Part shown: positions 29,826 to 40,087 of the stretch, piece after piece
How positions within the stretch are numbered: position 1 is the first letter of the stretch
How the letters are laid out: each line of letters begins with the position of its first letter
Source: Candidatus Segatella intestinihominis
GTDB lineage: Bacteria > Bacteroidota > Bacteroidia > Bacteroidales > Bacteroidaceae
Direction: 5' to 3'
Assembly (NCBI GenBank): GCA_900548535.1
Contig: URLG01000002.1
Span: forward strand, 25,711-89,710
DNA: 64,000 nucleotides
The notes under the pieces: generated by a model
Databases searched by the model: none
Told to the model about the DNA's origin: nothing
The model's input: the letters and a program-made list of their open reading frames with translations, nothing else
Made by a program: the position numbers and the translations under genes

Positions 29826-31922
29826 TTAACTGATTGCCGCCCAATTGATGTTGGTTTTCTTCAGTTCACGGAGTCTATTCCAAAGCATGGCATTCTGCGG
29901 AAGATTGCATTGTGGATCGTTATCAATAATAGCCTGTGCCTCTGTGCGTGCCAGTTGCACCAACTGTCCATCTCTTGCAATATTGGCTATTTTCAAGTCA
30001 AAAGCCATACCGCTCTGTTGGGTTCCCTCCAAGTCGCCAGGACCTCTTAACTTTAAGTCTGCCTCAGCTATGCGGAATCCATCATTGGTATCACACATGA
30101 TATCAATGCGTTTGCGTGTTTCCTCCGACAACTTATAGTTGGTTACCAAGATGCAATAGCTCTGGTCGCAGCCACGTCCCACTCTACCTCTGAGCTGATG
30201 TAACTGAGAGAGACCAAAGCGCTGTGCGTCCAGTATCACCATCACCGAGGCATTGGGCACATTTACACCAACCTCTATCACGGTGGTGGCTACAAGTATC
30301 TGGGTTTCTCCCTTTACGAAGTGCTCCATCTCTTCTTCCTTCTCTGCCGATTTCATCTTGCCGTGTATCTTGCTCAGCTTGAATTCCGGGAAAGCCTGCT
30401 TGAGCGTCTCAAACCCTTCCTCCAGATTTTTGAGGTCCATCTTCTCACTCTCCTTGATGAGCGGGAATACAATGTATACCTGTCTGCCCAGATTGATCTG
30501 GCGTCGAATGCTCTGGTAGAGGCTCGTAATCTGCGTATCAAACTTATGCAGGGTCTGTATCGGCTTTCTGCCAGGAGGCAACTCATCTATCACGCTCACG
30601 TCCAAGTCGCCATAGATGGTCATTGCCAAGGTACGGGGGATAGGCGTAGCCGTCATGACCAATACATGCGGGGGATTCTCGCTTTTGTTCCAAAGTTTGG
30701 CACGCTGTGCCACTCCAAAACGATGTTGCTCGTCGATGACGGCAATACCCAAACGAGAAAATACAACAGGATCTTCCAATATGGCATGAGTGCCCACGAG
30801 TATCTGAATGTCACCAGTAGCCAAGTCTGCTAAGATCTTCTCTCGTTTCTTGCCTTTCACGATTCCCGTGAGCAATTCCACACGAATGTCCATTCCCTTC
30901 AGGAAGTCACGAATGGTTTGCAAATGTTGCTCGGCTAGGATCTCCGTAGGTGCCATCAAGCACGCCTGGTATCCATTGTCCAAGGCTATCAGCATCGACA
31001 TCAGGGCCACTAGCGTCTTGCCAGAGCCCACATCTCCCTGCAATAAGCGATTCATCTGCCTGCCACTACACATATCATTACGTATCTCATGCATCACTCT
31101 TTTCTGTGCCCCCGTCAGTTCGAAAGGCAGATTGTGAGCATAGAATCCATTGAAGATGTCGCCGATGCGATTGAAGATATAGCCACGATACTTACGACGC
31201 TGATCGCTCGCGTACCTTAATATATTAAGTTGCACATAGAATAGCTCCTCAAACTTAAGGCGCACCTGTGCCTTCTGCATCTCCTGATGGGAATGCGGAT
31301 AATGGATGAAACGAAAAGCGGCATCTCGGGAAATGAGATGCAAGCGATTTATGATGAAATCGGGAAGTGTTTCAGGCAATGGCGGCAGGATGCCCACCAA
31401 TGTCTTTGTGATTTTTTCTATAGTACGAGAACTGAAGCCATACTTCTTCATCTTCTCGGTGGTTCCATAATAAGGTTGCATGCCCATCTGGGAAAGTTCC
31501 AGATTGCTGGCATCGTCAAGGTCGGGATGGGCAAACTGAAATCTACCATTAAAGATGGCAGGCTTGCCGAAAACGATATATTCCGTACCCACCTTGTAAG
31601 TCTTCATGACATACTGTGAGCTACGAAACCACACCAAGTCTACCACACCAAAGCCATCAGAGAAATGAGCCACCAATCGCTTGTTACGTTTTCCCGTATC
31701 AAACTCCTCGTAGCTCAGTATCTTACCCTTGATTTGCACAAAAGGCATATCCTGGGTCAACTCGCTGATATGAAATATCTTGGTGCGGTCTACATATTTA
31801 TATGGATAGTATTCCAGCAAGTCACCATACGAGGCGATGCCGAGCTCCCTGCTCAGTATCTCCTTTTTCTTAGGCCCCACACCTGGTAGGTACATGATGT
31901 CTTGATCTAGAATACTACTCAT
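29826..31922 (-). CDS. recG: ATP-dependent DNA helicase RecG
   Basis: QGDVGSGKT, DEQHRFG, MTATPIPRTL, QLHQLRGRVGRG. Confidence 0.97.
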   Translation of the reverse strand: MSSILDQDIMYLPGVGPKKKEILSRELGIASYGDLLEYYPYKYVDRTKIFHISELTQDMPFVQIKGKILSYEEFDTGKRNKRLVAHFSDGFGVVDLVWFRSSQYVMKTYKVGTEYIVFGKPAIFNGRFQFAHPDLDDASNLELSQMGMQPYYGTTEKMKKYGFSSRTIEKITKTLVGILPPLPETLPDFIINRLHLISRDAAFRFIHYPHSHQEMQKAQVRLKFEELFYVQLNILRYASDQRRKYRGYIFNRIGDIFNGFYAHNLPFELTGAQKRVMHEIRNDMCSGRQMNRLLQGDVGSGKTLVALMSMLIALDNGYQACLMAPTEILAEQHLQTIRDFLKGMDIRVELLTGIVKGKKREKILADLATGDIQILVGTHAILEDPVVFSRLGIAVIDEQHRFGVAQRAKLWNKSENPPHVLVMTATPIPRTLAMTIYGDLDVSVIDELPPGRKPIQTLHKFDTQITSLYQSIRRQINLGRQVYIVFPLIKESEKMDLKNLEEGFETLKQAFPEFKLSKIHGKMKSAEKEEEMEHFVKGETQILVATTVIEVGVNVPNASVMVILDAQRFGLSQLHQLRGRVGRGCDQSYCILVTNYKLSEETRKRIDIMCDTNDGFRIAEADLKLRGPGDLEGTQQSGMAFDLKIANIARDGQLVQLARTEAQAIIDNDPQCNLPQNAMLWNRLRELKKTNINWAAIS

Positions 31923-31940
31923 ATATACTATTTTAATTAA

Positions 31941-33323
31941 TTACATGATTCCAAAGAATCGCAACACATCATTCAAGTTGGCTACCACCAACAAGATGAT
32001 GAGCAGACCGAAGCCTACATACTCAGCACGTTCCAAGAACTTATCGCCTGGCTTGCGACCCGTAATCATCTCATAGAGGAGGAAGAATACGTGTCCACCA
32101 TCCAACGCAGGGATAGGCAGGATGTTCATGAAGGCAAGGATGATGCTCAAGAAAGCAGTCATCAACCAGAAGGCATGCCAATCCCAAACCGATGGGAAGA
32201 GACTACCCAAGGCGCCGAAACCACCCAGGCTCTTAGCACCTTCCTTGGTGAAGACATACTTCATATCGCCCACATAGCCCGACAAAACCTTCCAACCATA
32301 CTTGATGCCGGCAGGGAAACTCTCCAAGAAGCCATAGCTCTTATGCGTTACCTTATAGTCGAGCATCACTGGGTGATTGTAGAAGCCAAACTTCACGCCT
32401 TCCTCGGTAGACTGCAACTGCACCTCTCTCTGCACGGTATCGCCAGCAGCCTTGAGATAAACAACATCAGCAGTCAAAGCCTTCACACTATCATTGTGAG
32501 AGGTAGCAGCAGAGAGCACATCATCCACACGTCCCAACTCCAACTGGAAATCATTGAAGGAATCGAGTTTCTTGCCATTCACAGAAAGAATCTTATCGCC
32601 CTTAGCCAAGCCCAAAGCACTGGCTGGAGAATCCTTCATCACACTGTCTATCTGCAATGGGATATACATCTCCACGAAGCGAGGACTGTCCTTGATCATG
32701 CTGAGCATATCAAGATCGCCTGGCAATGAGAGACTCATTGGCTTGCCCTGACGGATGATGTCTACACGAGTGGCGGTAGAGAGATCACGATACATATCAC
32801 CATCGAAGGTCTTGAATGGTCCAAACTCTGTGCCCACCAAGATGTCATGGTCATGGAAACCGAGAGCCTTAGCCTCAGTATTAAACTTCATGCCCTGAGT
32901 CATATCCTTGGTAGACACATAATCATCGCCCCAATGGAAAAGAATCATGGAATAGATGAAGAGAGCCAACACAAAGTTGACCAACACACCACCCACCATG
33001 ATGAGCAAACGCTGCCAAGCTGGTTTGCTACGGAACTCGTAAGGCTGTTCTGGCTGTTTCATCTGTTCGGTATCGAAGCTCTCGTCTATCATACCCGAAA
33101 TCTTACAATATCCTCCGAGAGGCAACCATCCCAAACCGTATGTAGTGTCCGAATTCTTTGGTTTGAACTCAAAGAGATGGAACCAAGGGTCAAAGAACAG
33201 ATAGAACTTCTCCACTCTTACGCCGAAGAGCTTGGAGAAGAAGAAGTGTCCGCCCTCATGGAGCAGCACCAAGATGGAAAGCGACAACATCAACTGAAGC
33301 GCTTTGATCAAAAATACTTCCAT
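31941..33323 (-). CDS. rseP: RIP metalloprotease RseP
   Basis: HEGGH, PLGGY, PDZ region, NILPIPALDGG. Confidence 0.95.
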   Translation of the reverse strand: MEVFLIKALQLMLSLSILVLLHEGGHFFFSKLFGVRVEKFYLFFDPWFHLFEFKPKNSDTTYGLGWLPLGGYCKISGMIDESFDTEQMKQPEQPYEFRSKPAWQRLLIMVGGVLVNFVLALFIYSMILFHWGDDYVSTKDMTQGMKFNTEAKALGFHDHDILVGTEFGPFKTFDGDMYRDLSTATRVDIIRQGKPMSLSLPGDLDMLSMIKDSPRFVEMYIPLQIDSVMKDSPASALGLAKGDKILSVNGKKLDSFNDFQLELGRVDDVLSAATSHNDSVKALTADVVYLKAAGDTVQREVQLQSTEEGVKFGFYNHPVMLDYKVTHKSYGFLESFPAGIKYGWKVLSGYVGDMKYVFTKEGAKSLGGFGALGSLFPSVWDWHAFWLMTAFLSIILAFMNILPIPALDGGHVFFLLYEMITGRKPGDKFLERAEYVGFGLLIILLVVANLNDVLRFFGIM

Positions 33324-33329
33324 TATTGT

Positions 33330-33360
33330 TTTGAAATTTGAAATTTGAAATTTGAACTTT
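33330..33360. repeat. Heptamer repeat TTTGAAA x4 immediately upstream of the rseP start
   Basis: Read directly. Confidence 0.75.
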
Positions 33361-33423
33361 ATGATTAGTTATGCCTATCATTTTCGTTCTCTGTTTCTAT
33401 TCTTAATTATTAATTCTAAATTC

Positions 33424-34584
33424 TTAATTATTCATTAATTCACTGGCTATGCGACGAGCCTCGGCATCAGTCTGTAGATAGACATCGAGGTCGGGATTGC
33501 TATCGAATGTAGCCTTCTGCATAGTCTGTTCTATAATGTCTGCCATCTGGAGGAAGCCACACTCGCCCTTGCGGAAGCCGGCATTCACTATTTCATTGGC
33601 AGCATTCACGATGCACGACATGTTGCCACCCTTCTTGATGGCATCGAAGGCAAGCTGCAAGCACTTAAACTTCTTATAGTCTGGCTCGAAGAACTGCAAG
33701 TCTTGCGCCTTGAAGAGATCCAAGCGGTCGCCATCAAGATGCAATCGCTGAGGGAAGGAGAAGGCATACTGGATAGGTAGGCGCATATCTGGCACGCCGA
33801 GCTGCGCCTTCACGGCACCATCGGCAAACTGCACCGCGCTGTGAACGATGCTCTGCGGATGAATCAGCACCTGAATTTTATCAGCAGGCACCCCAAAGAG
33901 CCATTTTGCTTCTGTCACCTCAAATCCCTTGTTCATCAAGGAAGCCGAATCGATGGTTATCTTGGCGCCCATATCCCAAGTAGGATGCTTGAGGGCATCG
34001 GCAGCCGTCACCTTCTCCAACTGTTCGTGGGTAAAGTTACGGAAAGGACCACCCGAACAAGTGAGGAGTATCTTCTCCACTTCATTATCACCCTCTCCCA
34101 CCAAACTCTGAAAGATGGCACTATGCTCGCTATCCACAGGGAGGATAGGCACATGATTTTCCTGGGCAAGATTGCAAATCAGCTCACCTGCCACGACCAA
34201 TGTTTCCTTGTTGGCAAGACAAATCTTCTTGCGTGCCTTGATGGCATGGATGGTTGGCTCCAAACCAGAGAAGCCCACCATGGAAGCCAAGACCATATCT
34301 ATTGGTTCTGCCTGCACGATATCGCAGAGAGCTTGTGCTCCGGCATACACCTTGATGTCTGGTTCGTCGCTCAGCAGATTCTGTAATTCCTCATAATGAG
34401 CCTCATTGGCTATCACTACGGCTGCTGGATGAAACTGATGAGCCTGTTCCGCTAGTTCCTTCACTCGGTTGTTGGCGGTGAGGCAATACACCTCATACAA
34501 GTCGCTATGCTGCTTGATGACATCAAGCGCCTGCGTACCAATACTTCCCGTAGAACCGAGAATACATATTTGTTGTTTCTTCAT
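33424..34584 (-). CDS. dxr: 1-deoxy-D-xylulose-5-phosphate reductoisomerase
   Basis: LGSTGSIG, LANKE, PVDSEHSAIFQ, HPTWDMGAKITIDSA. Confidence 0.97.
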   Translation of the reverse strand: MKKQQICILGSTGSIGTQALDVIKQHSDLYEVYCLTANNRVKELAEQAHQFHPAAVVIANEAHYEELQNLLSDEPDIKVYAGAQALCDIVQAEPIDMVLASMVGFSGLEPTIHAIKARKKICLANKETLVVAGELICNLAQENHVPILPVDSEHSAIFQSLVGEGDNEVEKILLTCSGGPFRNFTHEQLEKVTAADALKHPTWDMGAKITIDSASLMNKGFEVTEAKWLFGVPADKIQVLIHPQSIVHSAVQFADGAVKAQLGVPDMRLPIQYAFSFPQRLHLDGDRLDLFKAQDLQFFEPDYKKFKCLQLAFDAIKKGGNMSCIVNAANEIVNAGFRKGECGFLQMADIIEQTMQKATFDSNPDLDVYLQTDAEARRIASELMNN

Positions 34585-34590
34585 TTTCGT

Positions 34591-35112
34591 TTATATTTCG
34601 AGCAGTCCTTCGGGCACTGCCATTCTGATTTCTTTCTTCTCCGCACTCACTTCCTCTATCAAGTCATTGCTGGCAGGAATGAGTACATCTTTGCCATCGG
34701 GTGTGGTTACCTCGAAGAGGAGATTCAGCGTGTAGTCGTCCACATGGCCGATGGTGCCCACGGTCTTGCCCGTTACGACATCCACCAGATGAAAACCGAT
34801 GATTTCTGCCCACGAAAGATTTTCCTCGTCGCTATCCGATAGATGGCGAGGGAAGAAAACCTCACAGCCCGTATAGTTGCGAGCCTGCTCCTGGGTGTCG
34901 ATGTCCTCAAACTTCACCAGCACATTCTCGTCATTCTTAAATCGATACTCTTCCATAAAGAAAGGTACGAGAATGCCGTCAATGTCGAGCACCAAATACT
35001 CGGCATCCACACGGTCGAACACATCATCGGTAATGGCAAAGGTGATTTCGCCCTTTACGCCATGTGGCTTGCCCAGCTTACCTATCTTATATACTTCGTC
35101 TCTTCTAATCAT
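34591..35112 (-). CDS. rimM: Ribosome maturation factor RimM
   Basis: IGKLGKPHGVKGE and PRC-barrel C-terminus; ATG 35112 chosen as start. Confidence 0.93.
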   Translation of the reverse strand: MIRRDEVYKIGKLGKPHGVKGEITFAITDDVFDRVDAEYLVLDIDGILVPFFMEEYRFKNDENVLVKFEDIDTQEQARNYTGCEVFFPRHLSDSDEENLSWAEIIGFHLVDVVTGKTVGTIGHVDDYTLNLLFEVTTPDGKDVLIPASNDLIEEVSAEKKEIRMAVPEGLLEI

Positions 35113-35160
35113 AATATGCAATAGAATTCTTCACTCTTCGTTCTTAACTCTTCACTTACC

Positions 35161-36471
35161 CTAGTCCTCCACACGAGTAATCTTAGCGCCCAGTTCATTC
35201 AGTCGCTTCTCGATGTCCTCATAACCTCGGTCTATCTGTGCGATATTGGCGATACGGCTGGTACCATTGGCACTCATCGCCGCAATCAAGAGGGCGATAC
35301 CGGCACGGATATCAGGGCTCGTCATTCTACCTGCACGCAGACGGATCTTATGATCATGACCCACCACTACGGCACGATGAGGATCGCAGAGGATAATCTG
35401 AGCACCCATGTCGATGAGCTTATCCACGAAGAACAGACGGCTCTCAAACATCTTCTGATGGAAGAGCACACTGCCACGAGCCTGTGTTGCCACTACGAGG
35501 AGCACAGACAGCAGGTCAGGGGTGAGTCCTGGCCAAGGAGCATCGGCAAGCGTCATGATGGTGCCATCGATAAAGGAGTCGATGACATAATGCTTCTGCT
35601 CAGGGATAACGAGGTCATCGCCCTCCACCTTGATCTTTACGCCCAAACGACGGAAAGAATCAGGGATGATGCCGAGGTTCTTGACCGATACATCCTTGAT
35701 GCGGATGCCCTCGCCACACATGGCAGCCATACCGATAAATGAACCCACCTCGATCATATCAGGCAGGATGCGATGGCTTGCCCCATGCAGTTTCTCCACA
35801 CCCACGATGGTGAGCAGATTGCTGGCTATGCCGCTAATCTGGGCTCCCATGGCATTGAGCAAGTGGCAGAGTTGCTGGATATATGGCTCGCACGCTGCAT
35901 TATAGATCGTAGTGGTACCCTTTGCCAGCACGGATGCCATGATGATGTTGGCAGTACCCGTAACCGAAGCCTCATCGAGCAACATGTAGCAGCCCTTGAG
36001 ATGCTTAGCCTGAATCTGGTATACATTGCGTTCCTCATCGCGCACAAAGCTAGCACCCAAATACTTGAAGCCCAAGAAGTGAGTATCCAGACGGCGACGA
36101 CCTATCTTGTCGCCACCAGGCTTGGCGATGGTAGCCTTGCCAAATCTGCCCAGCAATGGGCCAAACATCAGCACACTGCCACGCAAAGAAGAGCACTTCT
36201 TCACAAACTCCAAGCTATCGAGATAGTCTAGATTCAGCTCATCGCTCTGGAATGTATAGTCGTGGCGACTATGCTGAGTTACCTTTACACCGATGTCCTT
36301 GAGCAACTTGATCAAGTTGTTCACGTCCAGAATGTCTGGCACATTGGTGATGCGCACAGGCTCATCGGTCAGAATGGTGGTACAGATAACTTCCAGCGCC
36401 TCGTTCTTGGCACCTTGCGGAGTGATAGTACCCTTGAGCGGATGACCGCCCTCTATGATGAAAGACTCCAT
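35161..36471 (-). CDS. murA: UDP-N-acetylglucosamine 1-carboxyvinyltransferase
   Basis: GAKN, PGGDKIGRR (Asp at the catalytic Cys position), SVTGTAN, PDIRAG, IDRGYE. Confidence 0.96.
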   Translation of the reverse strand: MESFIIEGGHPLKGTITPQGAKNEALEVICTTILTDEPVRITNVPDILDVNNLIKLLKDIGVKVTQHSRHDYTFQSDELNLDYLDSLEFVKKCSSLRGSVLMFGPLLGRFGKATIAKPGGDKIGRRRLDTHFLGFKYLGASFVRDEERNVYQIQAKHLKGCYMLLDEASVTGTANIIMASVLAKGTTTIYNAACEPYIQQLCHLLNAMGAQISGIASNLLTIVGVEKLHGASHRILPDMIEVGSFIGMAAMCGEGIRIKDVSVKNLGIIPDSFRRLGVKIKVEGDDLVIPEQKHYVIDSFIDGTIMTLADAPWPGLTPDLLSVLLVVATQARGSVLFHQKMFESRLFFVDKLIDMGAQIILCDPHRAVVVGHDHKIRLRAGRMTSPDIRAGIALLIAAMSANGTSRIANIAQIDRGYEDIEKRLNELGAKITRVED

Positions 36472-36512
36472 AGGCTTATGTTTATCTTATATATATATAA
36501 TAATGTATATGC

Positions 36513-37109
36513 TTATTTTTTCTTCTTGTTGTTATTATTGTTTGGCACATCGCGGATAGGCTCAAACTTGAAGGTATCCAAGTCGAGCTGTATCTTGCCA
36601 TGTGTGAAACGAGCCAAGTCAGAAGCCACCTTCTCCTCATCAGAAGAACCATGACTCCACTGCACCAGATTGCGGCGCATCTGATTGGCAGTCAACTTTA
36701 CCAGTTCATCTCGCTCCGGTCCAGGCTCCATCTGCTCGAGTCTCTTAAACACATCGAAGAGCATAGCCCCATAATGACGTACAGGAATCTTCTTCATCGG
36801 ATATTCCATCGGAGCAGGCTTCTTGGCTATCTGTGCAGCATGGGTCACATCAAAAGGATAGTCCACATCAAGGCGGAAACCACTCATGATGGCCAAGTGG
36901 TCCCAAAACTTGCGGTCTTTCTCCTCCACGGTCTTGTCCTCAGGAAACATTCTGCCCATGATGCTGACGATAGTCTCAGCACAACGCTGGCGCTCAGCAC
37001 GATCCTCCAGACTGACGGCATGGTCCACCATCTGCTGTATCTCTCGTCCGTACTCAGGCAGGATGAGTTTCTCACGCTGCGTATTATAATCTAAACCTTT
37101 AATATTCAT
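36513..37109 (-). CDS. DUF4290 family protein
   Basis: LDYNTQREKLILPEYGR..WDHLAIMS..RHYG; usual Bacteroidota neighbour of murA. Confidence 0.85.
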   Translation of the reverse strand: MNIKGLDYNTQREKLILPEYGREIQQMVDHAVSLEDRAERQRCAETIVSIMGRMFPEDKTVEEKDRKFWDHLAIMSGFRLDVDYPFDVTHAAQIAKKPAPMEYPMKKIPVRHYGAMLFDVFKRLEQMEPGPERDELVKLTANQMRRNLVQWSHGSSDEEKVASDLARFTHGKIQLDLDTFKFEPIRDVPNNNNNKKKK

Positions 37110-37127
37110 ACTTACTTAATAAATCTT

Positions 37128-37820
37128 TTAGAGAAGTTTCTTTGGCATTTTCGCCACAAAGTCCTTGAGATAGAATGGCACGAAATATGCCACGTCCTCA
37201 AACTTGCCTTCTGCGAATCGCTTTTCAGCGAGCGGCGCCATGTTCTTGGCAAGCGGTTCGATGCCTTTCACGAGATGTGCATTCGGATGATTGATGGTCT
37301 CCATACACTTCTCTGCACCATTTCCGAAGAAATAGACAGCCCCCTTGTCCAGATACTCCTTATAGGTATCTGCATCCACGATGTCAGCCTGGATAGGGCG
37401 AACCACCTTCAGGGCGCGGTCGAACACTTCGGCATAAACCTCCATGCGGCGGGCGTCGAGCATAGGTACGATGAGGGCATTCTCCTCTTCAGGATGTTCG
37501 CCTAGCAATACAGGCACTGCCATCAGTTCCAGGGTTGGCACGGCGATGAGTTTCACACCACGACCATAGCAGATGCCCTTCGCCATGCTCACACCTATGC
37601 GCAATCCGGTATAGGAACCAGGACCACAACTTACTGCCACAGCCTCCAGAGGAAGGCCATGCGCATCGAGGAAACTAAGCGCTTCATCTACATACACACC
37701 CAACTTAACAGCATGGTTAGGACCACTGTGATCTTCCTTGTTAAAAATCACCTGTCCACTATCACTAATTGCCACTGAGCACACGTCCGTGCTCGTCTCA
37801 ATATTCAATATACACGACAT
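37128..37820 (-). CDS. tsaB: tRNA t6A biosynthesis protein TsaB
   Basis: IETST, GPGSYTGLRIG, DARRMEVY. Confidence 0.95.
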   Translation of the reverse strand: MSCILNIETSTDVCSVAISDSGQVIFNKEDHSGPNHAVKLGVYVDEALSFLDAHGLPLEAVAVSCGPGSYTGLRIGVSMAKGICYGRGVKLIAVPTLELMAVPVLLGEHPEEENALIVPMLDARRMEVYAEVFDRALKVVRPIQADIVDADTYKEYLDKGAVYFFGNGAEKCMETINHPNAHLVKGIEPLAKNMAPLAEKRFAEGKFEDVAYFVPFYLKDFVAKMPKKLL

Positions 37821-37911
37821 AATTTAAAAATATATTCTTAAATAAGGTGCAAATTTAATCATTTTCTCGCTTTTTTTTGTACTTTTGCAGAAATTTAACG
37901 TGAAAGATTAT

Positions 37912-38790
37912 ATGATACAGTCAATGACAGGCTTCGGAAAAGCTACCGCGGCCTACAAAACAAAGAAAATTAATGTAGAGATAAAGTCATTAAACAGCAA
38001 GACGCTCGACCTCTCTACTCGTATCGCTCCACTCTACAGAGAGAAGGAGATGGAAATTCGTCAGTATATCGCTAAGAATCTGGAGAGAGGAAAGGTTGAC
38101 TTCTCTATCTGGATAGAGAAAGATGCGTCTACTGACGCCACCCCTATCAACGGAGCACTTGTACAAAATTATTACCAGCAAATCAAGAAAATCTCAGCAG
38201 AAACGGGTATTCCTGAGCCAACTGACTGGTATGGCACCTTGTTGCGTCTTCCTGATGTTACAACAAGAACAGAAGTGGAAGAACTGAGCGATGAGGAGTG
38301 GGAAGTGGCAAAAACTGCCATCAGCGAGGCTGTGAGCCATCTCGTAGACTTCCGCAAGCAGGAGGGAGCTGCCCTTCAGAAGAAGTTTACCGAGAAAGTG
38401 GACAACATCCAGGCTCTCCTTGCCAGCATCGAACCTTACGAGAAATCTCGTGTGGAGAAGATCAAGCAGAACATCGTGAATGGCTTGCAGCAGATTCCAA
38501 ACGTAGACTACGACAAGAATCGCTTGGAGCAGGAGCTCATCTACTACATCGAGAAGCTCGACATCAGCGAGGAGAAGCAGCGCCTTGCCAACCACCTCAA
38601 GTATTTCCGTGAGACTATGGAAGAGGAAGGTCATGGCGTAGGCAAGAAACTCGGCTTCATCGCCCAGGAGATGGGACGTGAGATCAACACCACCGGTTCT
38701 AAGAGCAATCAGGCTGAGATGCAGAACATCGTGGTGAAGATGAAGGATGAGCTGGAGCAGATTAAGGAACAGGTGCTGAATGCACTTTAA
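37912..38790 (+). CDS. YicC/YloC family endoribonuclease
   Basis: MIQSMTGFG, EIKSLNSK, KLDISEE, GKKLGFIAQEMGREINTTGSK. Confidence 0.93.
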   Translation: MIQSMTGFGKATAAYKTKKINVEIKSLNSKTLDLSTRIAPLYREKEMEIRQYIAKNLERGKVDFSIWIEKDASTDATPINGALVQNYYQQIKKISAETGIPEPTDWYGTLLRLPDVTTRTEVEELSDEEWEVAKTAISEAVSHLVDFRKQEGAALQKKFTEKVDNIQALLASIEPYEKSRVEKIKQNIVNGLQQIPNVDYDKNRLEQELIYYIEKLDISEEKQRLANHLKYFRETMEEEGHGVGKKLGFIAQEMGREINTTGSKSNQAEMQNIVVKMKDELEQIKEQVLNAL

Positions 38791-38793
38791 AAA

Positions 38794-38905
38794 AGTGAAG
38801 AGTGAAAAGTGAAAAGTGAAGAGTGAAGAGTGAAAAGTGAAGAATTCATTTTCTTTACTAATCATAAAGTTCAAAGTTCAATATTCAAAGTTCAAAGTTC
38901 AAAGT
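38794..38905. repeat. Two heptamer arrays: AGTGAA(A/G) x7 (38794..38842) and AAAGTTC x~5.5 (38866..38905)
   Basis: Read directly in the yicC-gmk gap. Confidence 0.9.
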
Positions 38906-38908
38906 AAA

Positions 38909-39481
38909 ATGAAGAACGGATTGTTAATATTCAGTGCCCCATCGGGCAGTGGCAAGAGTACCATCGTCAACTGGTTGATGCAGGAGCATCCAGAGTTGAA
39001 GATTGCCTTTTCCATCAGTTGCACCTCACGTGCTCCTCGTGGCACAGAGCAGAATGGTGTGGAATATTTCTTCCTCTCTCCAGAGGAGTTTAAGGCTAAG
39101 ATAGATGCCGATGAGTTCTTGGAGTATGAGGAGGTATACCAAGACCGATTCTACGGCACATTGAAATCGCAGGTAGAGAACCAGCTGGCTGCTGGCGAAT
39201 CTGTGATATTTGATGTCGACGTGAAGGGCGGTGTCAACATCAAGAAGTTCTATGGCGACCGTGCCTTGAGCATCTTCGTGCAGCCACCTTCGGTAGAGGA
39301 ATTGCGCCGCCGCTTGAATGGTCGTGGCACTGATGCCCCTGAGGTCATCGAGCAGCGCCTCGCCAAGGCAAGCTATGAGCTGACCTTCGCTCCTCAGTTC
39401 GACCACGTCGTGGTCAATGACGACCTGGAGAAGGCAGAGCAAGAGGTTTACGAACTGGTACGCAAGTTCTTAAGTGAATAA
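38909..39481 (+). CDS. gmk: Guanylate kinase
   Basis: SAPSGSGKST, TSRAPR..E..GVEYFF, YGT; ATG 38909 chosen as start. Confidence 0.95.
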   Translation: MKNGLLIFSAPSGSGKSTIVNWLMQEHPELKIAFSISCTSRAPRGTEQNGVEYFFLSPEEFKAKIDADEFLEYEEVYQDRFYGTLKSQVENQLAAGESVIFDVDVKGGVNIKKFYGDRALSIFVQPPSVEELRRRLNGRGTDAPEVIEQRLAKASYELTFAPQFDHVVVNDDLEKAEQEVYELVRKFLSE

Positions 39482-40062
39482 TGAAGAAGGTCGGAATATT
39501 CGGAGGGAGTTTCAACCCCATCCATACGGGACATATCGCCCTTGCCAAGAGCTTGTGTGAGAAGGCAGGACTGGATGAGGTGTGGTTCATGGTTTCGCCC
39601 ATGAATCCCTTCAAGAAGGCTGCCACCGACTTGCTCAGCGACCAGCTGCGCCTGGAGATGGTGCAGCTAGCCATCGCTGACGAGCCACGGCTGAAGGCAT
39701 GCGACTATGAGTTTCACCTGCCCAAGCCTTCCTACACCTGGCACACGCTGCAAGCCATGAGCCAAGACTATCCCGACATCGCCTTTACCTTATTAATAGG
39801 AGGCGACAACTGGGCGGCGTTCGACAAATGGTATCATCATGACGACATTCTTGCCCACTATCCCATAGTGGTCTATCCACGCCAAGGCTCAGCCATCGGC
39901 GAGGTACCAGCAGGGGTAACCATTGTGCAAACTCCGCTGCTCAACATCAGCAGCACCGAGATACGCCAGCGCATCGCCAAAGGCGAGAGCATCCAGGGCA
40001 TGGTGCCAGAGAGCATCGAGCAGCTTGCCATCAAGAACTACCAGGCGATATTCAATCAATAA
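39481..40062 (+). CDS. nadD: Nicotinate-nucleotide adenylyltransferase
   Basis: GGSFNPIHTGH, PSYT, ISSTEIR. Confidence 0.95.
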   Translation: MKKVGIFGGSFNPIHTGHIALAKSLCEKAGLDEVWFMVSPMNPFKKAATDLLSDQLRLEMVQLAIADEPRLKACDYEFHLPKPSYTWHTLQAMSQDYPDIAFTLLIGGDNWAAFDKWYHHDDILAHYPIVVYPRQGSAIGEVPAGVTIVQTPLLNISSTEIRQRIAKGESIQGMVPESIEQLAIKNYQAIFNQ

Positions 40063-40087
40063 GTAACAACAACATCAATAGAAAGAA

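Noticed and set aside
35161..36471. MurA Cys-to-Asp (fosfomycin-insensitive type) as acquired resistance
   Set aside because: Single housekeeping copy in conserved context; this variant is usual in Bacteroidota.
38837..38908. Extended gmk N-terminus, and likewise the licD extension from 52436
   Set aside because: Produced by reading through heptamer repeats; downstream ATGs fit the families better.
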